A stretch of DNA of 64,000 nt from a bacterium (GTDB taxonomy: Bacteria; Patescibacteriota; Minisyncoccia; Moranbacterales; GWC2-37-73). Both the position numbers and the translations under genes were made by a program. Positions 49,011-59,692 of the stretch are shown here, piece by piece. The stretch's first letter is position 1, and every line of letters begins with the position of its first letter. Below the pieces are notes generated by a model that did no database searches, was not told the origin of the DNA, and saw nothing but the letters and a program-made list of their open reading frames with translations. The stretch covers positions 27,348 through 91,347 of the forward strand of contig JBAXDL010000003.1 in assembly GCA_037140955.1 (NCBI GenBank). The letters are read 5' to 3'.

Positions 49011-50477
49011 CTATATAACACTAACGATTATCATACCAACTAGTGCGATTGTAGTAACGATAACAGCAGACCAGCCAAATATCTTAACCCACAAAGGATT
49101 AGTCTCACTACCCATTATTTTCTTATCATCCCCTATTTTCATAATAATAGCCAGCAGTGGCAAAGCAATCACTCCATTCAAAAAGGCTGACCAATACAGC
49201 GCCTTTATAGGATTAATACCAAGAAAATTCATACCAAGACCAACCAGGATAGAAATTGCAATCACCAAATAAAAACCCTTAGCCTTTTGGAATTTCTCTT
49301 CTAAGCCATTATTCCAATTCATTAGCTCACTAAGTGCATAGGCTCCACTGCCGGCCAAAATAGGAACAGCCAAAAGACCAGTTCCAATAATACCAATAGC
49401 AAAAAGCAAGAATGCATACTCTCCAGCCAATGGGCGAAGAGCAAGGGCCGCATCTTGAGCTGAATCAATACTTGTTATTCCGTTAGCAAAAAGAACATTA
49501 GCAGTTGTCAGTACAATGAAAAAGAAAACAATATTAGCCAAAATCATCCCAGCATCAACATCAGTGCGCATGCGTGCAACACGACTGCAAACTTCGGTTT
49601 TATTTTTTTTACAATTATTCATTTTACCATCCTCAACCTCCTCTGAAGCCTGCCAAAAGAAAAGATATGGTGTAATCGTTGTTCCAAAAACAGCAATCAT
49701 TGCAAAAATATATTCTTTTGTGAAAGATATATTTGGCACAAATGAGTGCTTGAATATATTTATCCAATCAGGATGCGTCATAAAGCCGGCCACAATATAT
49801 GCAAAAACTGAAATTGTGAGCCATTTTAAAAATTTAACATACACGTGATATTTAACAAAAATCTCAAGCAAAATAATAATTACTGCAAAAGATATTGCTC
49901 CAACTGCATAGTTAATACCAGAAATCATATTCAAAGATGCTGCCATAGCACCGAGGTCAGCACCAATATTGGCAATATTGGCAATCATCAAAAGCAAAAC
50001 TGCCATCATCACTGTTCTTTTTTTGAAATATTTCTTTAGCACCGCAGCCAATCCCTTATTAGTGACGATTCCAATACGAGCACAAGTTTCCTGGATTGCA
50101 AGCATCATTGGCAAAAGCCAAGCAGCCATCCAAAGAATGTTCAAACCAAATTTAGCACCAACCGCACTATAAGTTCCAATTCCACCTGGATCATCATCAG
50201 ATGCTCCAGTGATAAGCCCTGGCCCAAGAGCACGCACAAACAAATATGCTTTCTTGGCAGGATTTCCAATGATATTTTTGGCAACATCAATTTCTGTTTT
50301 TGCGATCTGTAAAGTTCCATCAACAGTTCGCACCGCCTCAACCTCACCCCAGACAATCAACTTTTTCACCAAAATCAAAGGCACACCAAGCTCCCTTCGA
50401 AATTCGGAGAGTGTTAAGAAATTTTCTGATTTTTTTTCTACGGAAATATCTGCATTTGGCTGCTTTTTAATTCCCAC
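49011..50477 (-). CDS. NRAMP-family divalent metal transporter with N-terminal HTH
   Basis: GPGLITGASDDDPGG, GTTITPYLFFWQ; N-terminal LTLSEFRRELGV..LIVWGEVEA HTH-like segment. Confidence 0.85.
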   Translation of the reverse strand: MGIKKQPNADISVEKKSENFLTLSEFRRELGVPLILVKKLIVWGEVEAVRTVDGTLQIAKTEIDVAKNIIGNPAKKAYLFVRALGPGLITGASDDDPGGIGTYSAVGAKFGLNILWMAAWLLPMMLAIQETCARIGIVTNKGLAAVLKKYFKKRTVMMAVLLLMIANIANIGADLGAMAASLNMISGINYAVGAISFAVIIILLEIFVKYHVYVKFLKWLTISVFAYIVAGFMTHPDWINIFKHSFVPNISFTKEYIFAMIAVFGTTITPYLFFWQASEEVEDGKMNNCKKNKTEVCSRVARMRTDVDAGMILANIVFFFIVLTTANVLFANGITSIDSAQDAALALRPLAGEYAFLLFAIGIIGTGLLAVPILAGSGAYALSELMNWNNGLEEKFQKAKGFYLVIAISILVGLGMNFLGINPIKALYWSAFLNGVIALPLLAIIMKIGDDKKIMGSETNPLWVKIFGWSAVIVTTIALVGMIIVSVI

Positions 50478-50497
50478 AATATTTATTCTTAATTTGT

Positions 50498-51526
50498 TTA
50501 AATTATTTCTTTAATTATATTCTCATATTCCCCAAGCTCCAATAGCATCATTAAAATTTTGGCCAACTTGTCACTATCATGGCGAATAAAAGATCGCTGA
50601 AAAGCTAATGCATCAGAATCTGAATATTCATGTTTTTGATCACTCAAAATATTTGCTCTAACCACACGATATTTCCTTTTTAATTTCCTGCCTTCATCAA
50701 AAAGAACCAGCAATTCATTTTGACTTTCATATTTTTTGACCAATCTTGCATCAGGTTTTTTTGCATTAAAAATAACAAAATCAATTCGATCACTGCCAAT
50801 GTATCCATTTATAGAATCAACATATTCATCCAAAGTAAATTTTTCAGTATGCCCTTTTTTGTTTACCAAGTTGCAGTTATACACAACTATTGCTTTTGAT
50901 TTTTTGATTGCTGAAGCAACTCCACCTACCAATAAGTTTGGAATAATACTGCAATAATGATTACCGGGACCAATAATGATAATATCGGCCTCTAGAATTT
51001 TTTCAATGGCACTTTTGTTTGCCATTGCAGCAGGAGAAAGATAATTTTTTTTAATTCCAATTTTTTCAATACTATAATCATGATTTATTTCATTTTCTCC
51101 ACATATTTTCTTGCCATTTTTAAGCTCCATAAAAAGATTAGTGTCCTTGTTGGTAACAGGAATAACATCTCCTTTCACATTCAAAATTCTGGAAGCCTCT
51201 TCGACTCCCTTGGAAAAATTTCTGTTAATCTTTTCAAGCGCTGAAAGAAAAAGATTTCCAAAATTATGGCCCTTAAGACCTCCATCAGCAAAACGATAAT
51301 TCATTAATTCTCTGAGCATCTCAGAAGAATCACTAAGTGCCACCAAACATTGACGCACATCTCCAGGCGGAAGCACTCCAAGCTCATCTCGCAAAACGCC
51401 AGTTGAACCGCCATCATCAGCCATCGAAACAATCGCTGAAATATCAACAGCATATTTTTTGAGCCCACTGAGCAATGTAAAACTCCCAGTTCCGCCACCA
51501 ATTGTAACTATCTTTTTTCTTTGCAT
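50498..51526 (-). CDS. YvcK/CofD-like (GlmR) UDP-GlcNAc-binding protein
   Basis: IGGGTG, MADDGGSTG.LR, PPGDVR, GHNFGNL, RHD..KLA. Confidence 0.9.
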   Translation of the reverse strand: MQRKKIVTIGGGTGSFTLLSGLKKYAVDISAIVSMADDGGSTGVLRDELGVLPPGDVRQCLVALSDSSEMLRELMNYRFADGGLKGHNFGNLFLSALEKINRNFSKGVEEASRILNVKGDVIPVTNKDTNLFMELKNGKKICGENEINHDYSIEKIGIKKNYLSPAAMANKSAIEKILEADIIIIGPGNHYCSIIPNLLVGGVASAIKKSKAIVVYNCNLVNKKGHTEKFTLDEYVDSINGYIGSDRIDFVIFNAKKPDARLVKKYESQNELLVLFDEGRKLKRKYRVVRANILSDQKHEYSDSDALAFQRSFIRHDSDKLAKILMMLLELGEYENIIKEII

Positions 51527-51545
51527 TTATTAAAATATAATATTA

Positions 51546-51735
51546 GTGAGAATAATTTTTTATTTTTGGCGCAATAGCGTCGTGCTTAGCACTCTTTCAA
51601 ACCCCTCGGTTCGAATAATTCCGCCACGGGAAAACCTAGTTTTTCCCGACCCATTTCCTGACAGTTTCTATTGAGCTTTTGGATATTGTGTATTTATCCA
51701 AAAGCATGCCAAAAAGAAAGATGGTAGAACAATTT
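51546..51735 (+). repeat. Structured dispersed repeat, copy F, with ~85-nt nested insert
   Basis: GGCGCAATAG-[insert 51578-51662]-AGTTTCTATTGA-GCTTTTGGATA..TATCCAAAAGC-AT-GCC. Confidence 0.8.
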
Positions 51736-51749
51736 AACTCAAGAAATAT

Positions 51750-54155
51750 TTATTCAACAACAATATTTATAATCTTTCCTGGAACAAAAATAATTTTTTT
51801 GATTTCTTTTCCATCCGTGAAAACTCTCACCTTCTCATTTTCAAGTGCGGTCTCTTTCACCTCATCCTCAAGCACATCCGCAGCCACCATCAATCGCTCG
51901 CGCACTTTTCCATTAACTTGCACCACCATCTCAATCTCATTATCCCTTGAAAGCTTTTCATCGAATTGTGGCCAGCTCTGCAAGAAAATTGATTTTTCAT
52001 TTCCAAGCCCACTCCATAATTCCTCTGCAACATGTGGAGCAAAAGGAGCAAGAACGATGAGCAACGACTGAAAATCATCTTTTGCAATCTTGCTTTCCTT
52101 TTCCATCGCATTTACCAAAATCATCATTTGCGAAATGGCAGTATTAAATCTGAAATTTTCAATATCATCAGAAACTTTTTTGATAGTTTTATGCAACAAA
52201 GAAACAATTTTCTTGTCACTTGAAATATCAGCACTTACTAATTCTTTTACTTTCCAAATCTTATCCAAAAATCTTCGTACGCCACTTACGCCTGTTGTAC
52301 TCCAAGAAACACTTTGCGTAAATGGGCCCATAAACATTTCATATAATCTCATAGCATCAGCGCCATATTCACCAATAATGTCATCTGGATTAACAACATT
52401 ATTCCAGCGCTTGCTCATTTTGCGTCCATCCTCAGCCATAATAAGTCCCACATGTAAAAGTTTTTTGAAGGGCTCAATAGTTGAAACAACTCCAATATCA
52501 TACAAAAATTTATGCCAAAATCTTGCATACAAAAGATGTCTTGTGGCGTGTTCTGCACCACCAACATATAGATCAACAGGCATCCACTGCTTTTCCAAAT
52601 CTTTATCAATTATTACCTTATCATTTTTTGGATCAATATAGCGCAAATAATACCAAGATGAACCTCCCCATTGTGGCATCGTGTTAGTTTCTCTTTTCCC
52701 TAGTCTTCCACACTTTGGACAAGTAGTATTGACCCAATCAGAAATGCTTGCCAATGGTGATTCTCCGGTTCCGGTTGGTTCATAGTTCTCTACCTCAGGA
52801 AGTGTCACTGGCAAATCCTTTTCTGGCACACCAACAGCACCACAATTCTCACAATGAATAATCGGGATTGGCTCACCCCAATATCGCTGGCGAGAATATA
52901 CCCAATCGCGCATTTTGTAATTTACCTTTCTTTTGCCAATTTTTTCTTTTTCTAAATAATCTGCAATTTTTTCTCTAGCCTCAGACGAAGATAAATTTGA
53001 ATATCCATCAGAATTAATAAGAATACCATCATCCGTAAATGCATTTTCAAAAATTGATCCACCTGAAACAACTTCTTTAATCTCAAGATTATATTTTTTT
53101 GCAAACTCAAAATCCCTTTCATCATGGGCTGGCACTGCCATCACAGCCCCTGTTCCATATCCACCCAAAACATAATCGGCCACAAAAAGTGGCACTGATT
53201 TTCCAGTAAAAGGATTCACAACCAAAATACCTTCTAGCCTCACGCCAGTTTTTTCTTTTTGCAATTCGGTTCTTTCTAGATTTGTTTTTTTGTTTGCATC
53301 CTCAATATATTTTTTAACCTCATCAAGATTAGAAATATTTTCCTTCAATTTTTCAATAATTTCATGTTCTGGGGCAACCACGGCATAGGTAATTCCAAAA
53401 GCAGTGTCGATTCTAGTTGTATAAACCTCAATTTTTTCGTCACTACTTTCAATTTGCATTGCAAATTGAACACCTTCACTTCTACCAATCCAGTTTTTTT
53501 GTTGCTCAACAATCATATCTTCCCATTCAAGCTGGGGACTATCAAGATCATACAAAAGCCTGTCTGCATAGTCGGTCATTTTCAAAACCCATTGTCGCAT
53601 TTGTTTTTGCTCAACAACACTTCCACATCTCTCGCATTTTCCATCCTCCAAATCCTCATTAGAAAGCCCTGTCTTACAACTTGGACACCAATTGATTGGC
53701 GCATTTGATTCATAGGCTAAACCCTTCTCAAAAAGCTTCAAGAAAATCCACTGCGTCCACTTACAATAAGCAGGGTCAGTGGTATTAATTTCCCTATCCC
53801 AGTCATAAGTAAAACCAAACATTTCAAGTTGTCTCTTGTAGTTAGCTATACTCCTGGCAGTAAAAACATTTGGATTACTCTTATTTTTGATTGCATAATT
53901 TTCAGCCGGAAGACCAAAAGCATCCCAACCCATTGGATGAAGAACGCTAAATCCATTAAGCATTTTGAAGCGCGCTGTCACATCAGTTGCAATATATCCT
54001 TTCGGATGACCGACATGCAACCCAACTCCTGATGGATATGGAAACATGTCTAAAACATAAAACTTCTTATCACGCGAATAATCCTTATAAGTCCCATTAT
54101 CCTCCCAATATTTTTGCCATTTTTTTTCAATATTTTTTGGTTCGTATTTTTCCAT
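51750..54155 (-). CDS. leuS: Leucine--tRNA ligase
   Basis: MFPYPSGVGLHVGH, GWDAFGLPAEN, GTGAVMAVPAHD, KMSKR. Confidence 0.97.
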   Translation of the reverse strand: MEKYEPKNIEKKWQKYWEDNGTYKDYSRDKKFYVLDMFPYPSGVGLHVGHPKGYIATDVTARFKMLNGFSVLHPMGWDAFGLPAENYAIKNKSNPNVFTARSIANYKRQLEMFGFTYDWDREINTTDPAYCKWTQWIFLKLFEKGLAYESNAPINWCPSCKTGLSNEDLEDGKCERCGSVVEQKQMRQWVLKMTDYADRLLYDLDSPQLEWEDMIVEQQKNWIGRSEGVQFAMQIESSDEKIEVYTTRIDTAFGITYAVVAPEHEIIEKLKENISNLDEVKKYIEDANKKTNLERTELQKEKTGVRLEGILVVNPFTGKSVPLFVADYVLGGYGTGAVMAVPAHDERDFEFAKKYNLEIKEVVSGGSIFENAFTDDGILINSDGYSNLSSSEAREKIADYLEKEKIGKRKVNYKMRDWVYSRQRYWGEPIPIIHCENCGAVGVPEKDLPVTLPEVENYEPTGTGESPLASISDWVNTTCPKCGRLGKRETNTMPQWGGSSWYYLRYIDPKNDKVIIDKDLEKQWMPVDLYVGGAEHATRHLLYARFWHKFLYDIGVVSTIEPFKKLLHVGLIMAEDGRKMSKRWNNVVNPDDIIGEYGADAMRLYEMFMGPFTQSVSWSTTGVSGVRRFLDKIWKVKELVSADISSDKKIVSLLHKTIKKVSDDIENFRFNTAISQMMILVNAMEKESKIAKDDFQSLLIVLAPFAPHVAEELWSGLGNEKSIFLQSWPQFDEKLSRDNEIEMVVQVNGKVRERLMVAADVLEDEVKETALENEKVRVFTDGKEIKKIIFVPGKIINIVVE

Positions 54156-54198
54156 ATAGCTACAAGATTACAAATTTATATAAACACACAATAATTTA

Positions 54199-54302
54199 TG
54201 TGAGAATATGTTTTTATTTTTTCACTAGAAATAAGTCACTTTGGTGTTATGTCAAAAGTTGCAATTATTTCTCCGTGACAAAAATAAAAACATATTCTCA
54301 CA
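54199..54302. repeat. Long inverted-repeat element with arms resembling the dispersed repeat
   Basis: 22-bp perfect arms TGTGAGAATATGTTTTTATTTT / AAAATAAAAACATATTCTCACA with continued inner pairing. Confidence 0.7.
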
Positions 54303-54390
54303 ACTATGCCATACCAACAAATCCATAAAAAATAAAAACAACCATCTTTAATTGTTTTTATGATATCAGAATTTTTATATAAAATCAATA

Positions 54391-55233
54391 CTATTTTTCC
54401 CTCTGTTGAGCCTTAAAGGCCAGATAGACATTTTGCAAAAGACAAGCAATCGTAACAGGGCCAACACCTCCAGGCACTGGCGTAATATAGCCAACATTTT
54501 CAGCAGTAGAAGCAAAATCGACATCCCCAAGAATCTTACCGTCAACATTTTTGATTCCACCATCAACAACAACTGCGCCACTTTTAAGCATTTTTCCAGC
54601 AATAATTCCCGGGATTCCAACCGCACTTATCACAATATCGGCGTTTTTTATTTTGGCAATATTTTGATCAAAACTTGAAGACAAGAAATAGTTCGCAAAA
54701 AACCCATCTTTACCCAAAGCTGCACACATTATTTTTCCAAATTCATCAGAATTTGCAACCACAATAGTATTTTTGCCCACAAGCATCTTTTTGACACTTT
54801 TGATTATTTGCAAAATTGCCAAAGGAAAAACTGGCGCAGCACAATCACTGTCACTCAAAAATAGTTCAATATTTTTCCCATGAAAACCATCAACATCTTT
54901 TTTAGGATTAATAGTTGAGATTATCAAGTCGGTATCAAATTTTTCCAAAATTGGCAATTGCACAATAATACCAGAAACATCATTGTTCTCATTTAATGAA
55001 ACTATTAAATCCACAATTTCACCTTGCTGCACCTCTTCAGTAAATTCATGTAACAAAAATTCAATTCCAATTTCTTTGGCTTTTTTTCTTTTTAATGCAA
55101 CATACAAATGAGAAGCTTGGTCATTGCCAATCAAAATAACATCTAATCGTGGTTTTTTTTCAAAATCAATAAGCTCACTTTGCAATTGAGCCAGAATTTC
55201 ATTCGCAACTAATTTTCCATGAAGCAATTTCAT
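54391..55233 (-). CDS. folD: Methylenetetrahydrofolate dehydrogenase/cyclohydrolase
   Basis: GIIVQLP, KDVDGF, GDVD, ITPVPGGVGPVT. Confidence 0.92.
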   Translation of the reverse strand: MKLLHGKLVANEILAQLQSELIDFEKKPRLDVILIGNDQASHLYVALKRKKAKEIGIEFLLHEFTEEVQQGEIVDLIVSLNENNDVSGIIVQLPILEKFDTDLIISTINPKKDVDGFHGKNIELFLSDSDCAAPVFPLAILQIIKSVKKMLVGKNTIVVANSDEFGKIMCAALGKDGFFANYFLSSSFDQNIAKIKNADIVISAVGIPGIIAGKMLKSGAVVVDGGIKNVDGKILGDVDFASTAENVGYITPVPGGVGPVTIACLLQNVYLAFKAQQREK

Positions 55234-55353
55234 ATTTTTTCAATTATTTAACCATCCTATGAGCATTTAACCACAAAAATAAGTAAATATCAAATGCACA
55301 AACAAAAAAAACAAGCCCACCAAGCTTGCTTGTGATGCTAGTTGCAATTACTT

Positions 55354-56586
55354 CTACTTGTATCTCAGAGCATCAAGAGGATCAATCTTGCTGGCACGAC
55401 GAGCAGGAACCAAGCCAGTCAAAAATCCAACCACTCCAGAAAAAGCCAAAATGGAGAAAATGAACCAAGTTGGAGTATAAAAAAGACTAACACTTTGTCC
55501 ACCAAATCTGGTTGCCACAAAGTTAATGAGCATATTAAAAACCACACCACCAATAAGTCCAATTGAGACACCAGCACAACCACCCAAAAATCCCATGATT
55601 GCAGATTCCATAAAAAACATTACCGAGATGCCAATATCTGAAGCACCGATTGATTTCATAATACCAATCTCCTCTGTTCTTTCAAGCAAGGTAATTGTCA
55701 TGGTGTTAAACATACCGATAGCAGAAACAAAGAGAGCAATAAAACCAAACAACATCAAAATTATTTGCACAACCTTAAAAATTTGATTTGCCTGATCGAC
55801 AGTGTCGGAAAGTGATGAAACCAGGAGGCCATATTCCAAAATAGCATCTCGTATTTTTATCATCTCATTATTTGATTTTGTTTTTACTTTTACTTGACCA
55901 TATTTGTCAATTTTCAAATTGTTAAGCGAAGACATATTTATATAAATAATATTATCCTCACCATCAACAACTCCAACTATTTTATATTTCACACTACTAT
56001 CTACTTTTTCAAACTCGCTTTGTGCTTGCGAATCAGATCCGGAGTCTGAAACATCCTCCGTAGCTTCAACAAATCTTGGAACAAAAAATGAAAATGTCAT
56101 CTCTTTACCAATCATTTCATCCACATTTTTGCCAAAAACTTGCCCAACAGAGCTACTAATAACTATTCCATTAGGAGTGCTGTCATCAAAAAGAATTCCC
56201 TTGCTTGGCTTGAATCCACCAAGTTTTAAAAAGGATGGTTTAGAACCAATAGTGACAAGATCTGCAGACAATTCATCCAAATGACCCTGTGTGGTTATTT
56301 GAAAAGCTGGACTAACATCTTCAACTCCTGGCATTGCTCCAATTTTTTTGATCATTTCTTGATTCAATGAAACAACTCCCGATTTTGCCTCTGAAATATC
56401 CAAAGTGAGGAGAGAATCAGCAGTGGTTATTCTTTCCAAAAGTGTTTTTTGCAAGCCATATCCCAAGGAAACCAAAAACAAAATAGCACCAATACCAATA
56501 CTCATACCCAAAACAGTCAAGAGCGTTCGAGACGTCCTGGCTTTAAACATTCTGGTTGATAATTTAAACAAATCTACAAATTTCAT
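55354..56586 (-). CDS. MacB/FtsX-family ABC transporter permease
   Basis: RTLLTVLGMSIG, ERTEEIGIMKSIGA, PARRASKIDPLDALRY. Confidence 0.9.
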   Translation of the reverse strand: MKFVDLFKLSTRMFKARTSRTLLTVLGMSIGIGAILFLVSLGYGLQKTLLERITTADSLLTLDISEAKSGVVSLNQEMIKKIGAMPGVEDVSPAFQITTQGHLDELSADLVTIGSKPSFLKLGGFKPSKGILFDDSTPNGIVISSSVGQVFGKNVDEMIGKEMTFSFFVPRFVEATEDVSDSGSDSQAQSEFEKVDSSVKYKIVGVVDGEDNIIYINMSSLNNLKIDKYGQVKVKTKSNNEMIKIRDAILEYGLLVSSLSDTVDQANQIFKVVQIILMLFGFIALFVSAIGMFNTMTITLLERTEEIGIMKSIGASDIGISVMFFMESAIMGFLGGCAGVSIGLIGGVVFNMLINFVATRFGGQSVSLFYTPTWFIFSILAFSGVVGFLTGLVPARRASKIDPLDALRYK

Positions 56587-56603
56587 TTTTTTATTTTTAT
56601 AAA

Positions 56604-57914
56604 CTAGGCTGAATATCGAAGCAACATAATAAGCTCAACTTCCCTAACAACTCTCTCAGCACTACCCTTATACAACCCAACACCACCCAATTTTTTTGGA
56701 GCATCCAGTCTTTGCTGCAAACCAAAACGATCAATCTTGTTTTCAACTCGCAACTTAATGAATGATCTGAATCGCAACATCACATCATCATCAAGCTTTA
56801 GATGATAAAAACTAACTAAATAATCAGAGAAAGTAACAATTCCAGTAGCCTGATCAACATTCAAAGCTTCGGCTTGAAGTAAGATACTCTTGGTTCTTTC
56901 AGTAAAGGATACCGCTCGAACTTTATTCCAACCAGCTCCACCCTTGTCAAAATCAAGATCCAATTTTTCAGCAAGTCCATTGCTATCAATATTTCTAAAC
57001 AAGAATTCTTTCAGCAGATTCTCACCAGCGTTTATCTGTTCCTCATTTAATTCTGAAATAATATGAGCCAAAAGCTGTTTAGCTTTAAACGGAATAAGCA
57101 AAACTCCAACTTGTTGCAAGGAAAGATTTTTAAATGTTCGCATGAGCAATTTAAGTTCACTTGAAATTTCCTCTGGTGTGACGGCAAGATCTTTCTTGAT
57201 AGCATCTTTTGGTCTCTTGTCATGATTGATTTCCTCACTAACTTTCTTCCCATCTTTCATATGGATAATTCTATCAGCATACACGAGATGTTCCGGATTA
57301 TGAGTAACCATGATCAAGGTTTTTTTGTCGATATCATTAATTTCCTTGAAAATGTCAAGCACGTTTTGAGCTGACTCAGAATCAAGATTTCCCACTGGCT
57401 CATCAGCCAAAATTATTTCTGGATCATTAACGAGTGCTCTTGCGATAGAAACGCGCTGCTTTTGTCCACCAGAAAGCATGGCAGGAAATTTGTCAGCTTG
57501 CTCAGCAATACCAAATCGTCGCAAAAGTAGCATCGCTTTTTCCCTTCTTTCCTTGAGCCCTTCTCCGCGAAAAACTTTTGGCAAACAAACATTATCAAGC
57601 ACCGTCAGCGTTTCAATCAAGTAAAAGGCCTGAAAAACCATTCCAATCTGAGTTTGATGAAATTCAACTGTTTCCTTTTTTGTCATTTGCATCAAATTCT
57701 TTCCCTGCACAATAACATCACCATAAGTTGGAGCTTGCAGACCAGAGATACCATAAAGCAAGGTCGACTTTCCACAACCAGATGGACCATAGATAATGAT
57801 ATATTCCTCAGGATAAATTTCAACGCTAACACCATCCAATGAACGAACTTCATTGGATTTTCCTTTGTTATATATAACCCGCAATTGATCAACTTTTATG
57901 CATGGTTCTGCCAT
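56604..57914 (-). CDS. LolD/MacB-type ABC ATPase with ~200-aa C-terminal extension
   Basis: [31 protein letters not shown]. Confidence 0.9.
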   Translation of the reverse strand: MAEPCIKVDQLRVIYNKGKSNEVRSLDGVSVEIYPEEYIIIYGPSGCGKSTLLYGISGLQAPTYGDVIVQGKNLMQMTKKETVEFHQTQIGMVFQAFYLIETLTVLDNVCLPKVFRGEGLKERREKAMLLLRRFGIAEQADKFPAMLSGGQKQRVSIARALVNDPEIILADEPVGNLDSESAQNVLDIFKEINDIDKKTLIMVTHNPEHLVYADRIIHMKDGKKVSEEINHDKRPKDAIKKDLAVTPEEISSELKLLMRTFKNLSLQQVGVLLIPFKAKQLLAHIISELNEEQINAGENLLKEFLFRNIDSNGLAEKLDLDFDKGGAGWNKVRAVSFTERTKSILLQAEALNVDQATGIVTFSDYLVSFYHLKLDDDVMLRFRSFIKLRVENKIDRFGLQQRLDAPKKLGGVGLYKGSAERVVREVELIMLLRYSA

Positions 57915-58065
57915 TTTTTTATTTTTATTTCTACCTCAAGATAATGCCAATCTCATGATTTTTTAAGTTAATTAAGGAATTAAAAAACAAAAAATATTAT
58001 CATGAATGATGACTTAATATTAACACAAAAACAATATACTGACCATACCAAGAAAATTTATCTAA

Positions 58066-58386
58066 CTACAACTTTAAAAGATTTTTAAATAGAACATTAT
58101 ATTGTCTTATTTTTTTTATATTTACAGTGTAATTACGAAATGTACCATTTCTCTTTTCTAGTAACAAATCCAAACTTTTTAATTTAGAAATATGATGAGA
58201 TGCTAAGTTTTGAGGAATACCAAGCTTATTATAGATATCAGTAACATTCATTGACTCATCTTTCAATAACATCACTATTTTCAATCGATTATCATCAGCA
58301 ATCACTTTTAAAAAAGAGTTAACATCTAAAAACAAATCATCAACTTTGCTTTTTTTATTACTCAAATCTTTGATTTTCTTTTTCAT
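58066..58386 (-). CDS. ArsR/SmtB family regulator
   Basis: KVIADDNRLKI, QNLASHHISKL, R.GTFRNY. Confidence 0.85.
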   Translation of the reverse strand: MKKKIKDLSNKKSKVDDLFLDVNSFLKVIADDNRLKIVMLLKDESMNVTDIYNKLGIPQNLASHHISKLKSLDLLLEKRNGTFRNYTVNIKKIRQYNVLFKNLLKL

Positions 58387-58490
58387 ATATTAAATTAGAA
58401 AAGATTAATTTATGCACATAAAAAACCGTATTCAAAAGATAATACGTTATATCAATCAAAAATCTTTCATTAAAAAAATTTAAGACTTTT

Positions 58491-59657
<1,167 letters not shown>

Positions 59658-59692
59658 TTATACTTGTCTTTTCAAAAAAGTCCATAGCTATC

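Noticed and set aside
10231-51735. Dispersed repeat as a hammerhead/hairpin ribozyme or CRISPR repeat
   Set aside because: No CUGANGA/GAAA core or hairpin-ribozyme loop consensus on either strand; copies are dispersed, with no spacer array and no cas genes
54156-54390. T-box riboswitch upstream of leuS
   Set aside because: No T-box consensus (AAGGTGGTACC-like) on the minus strand; the region is a simple long hairpin
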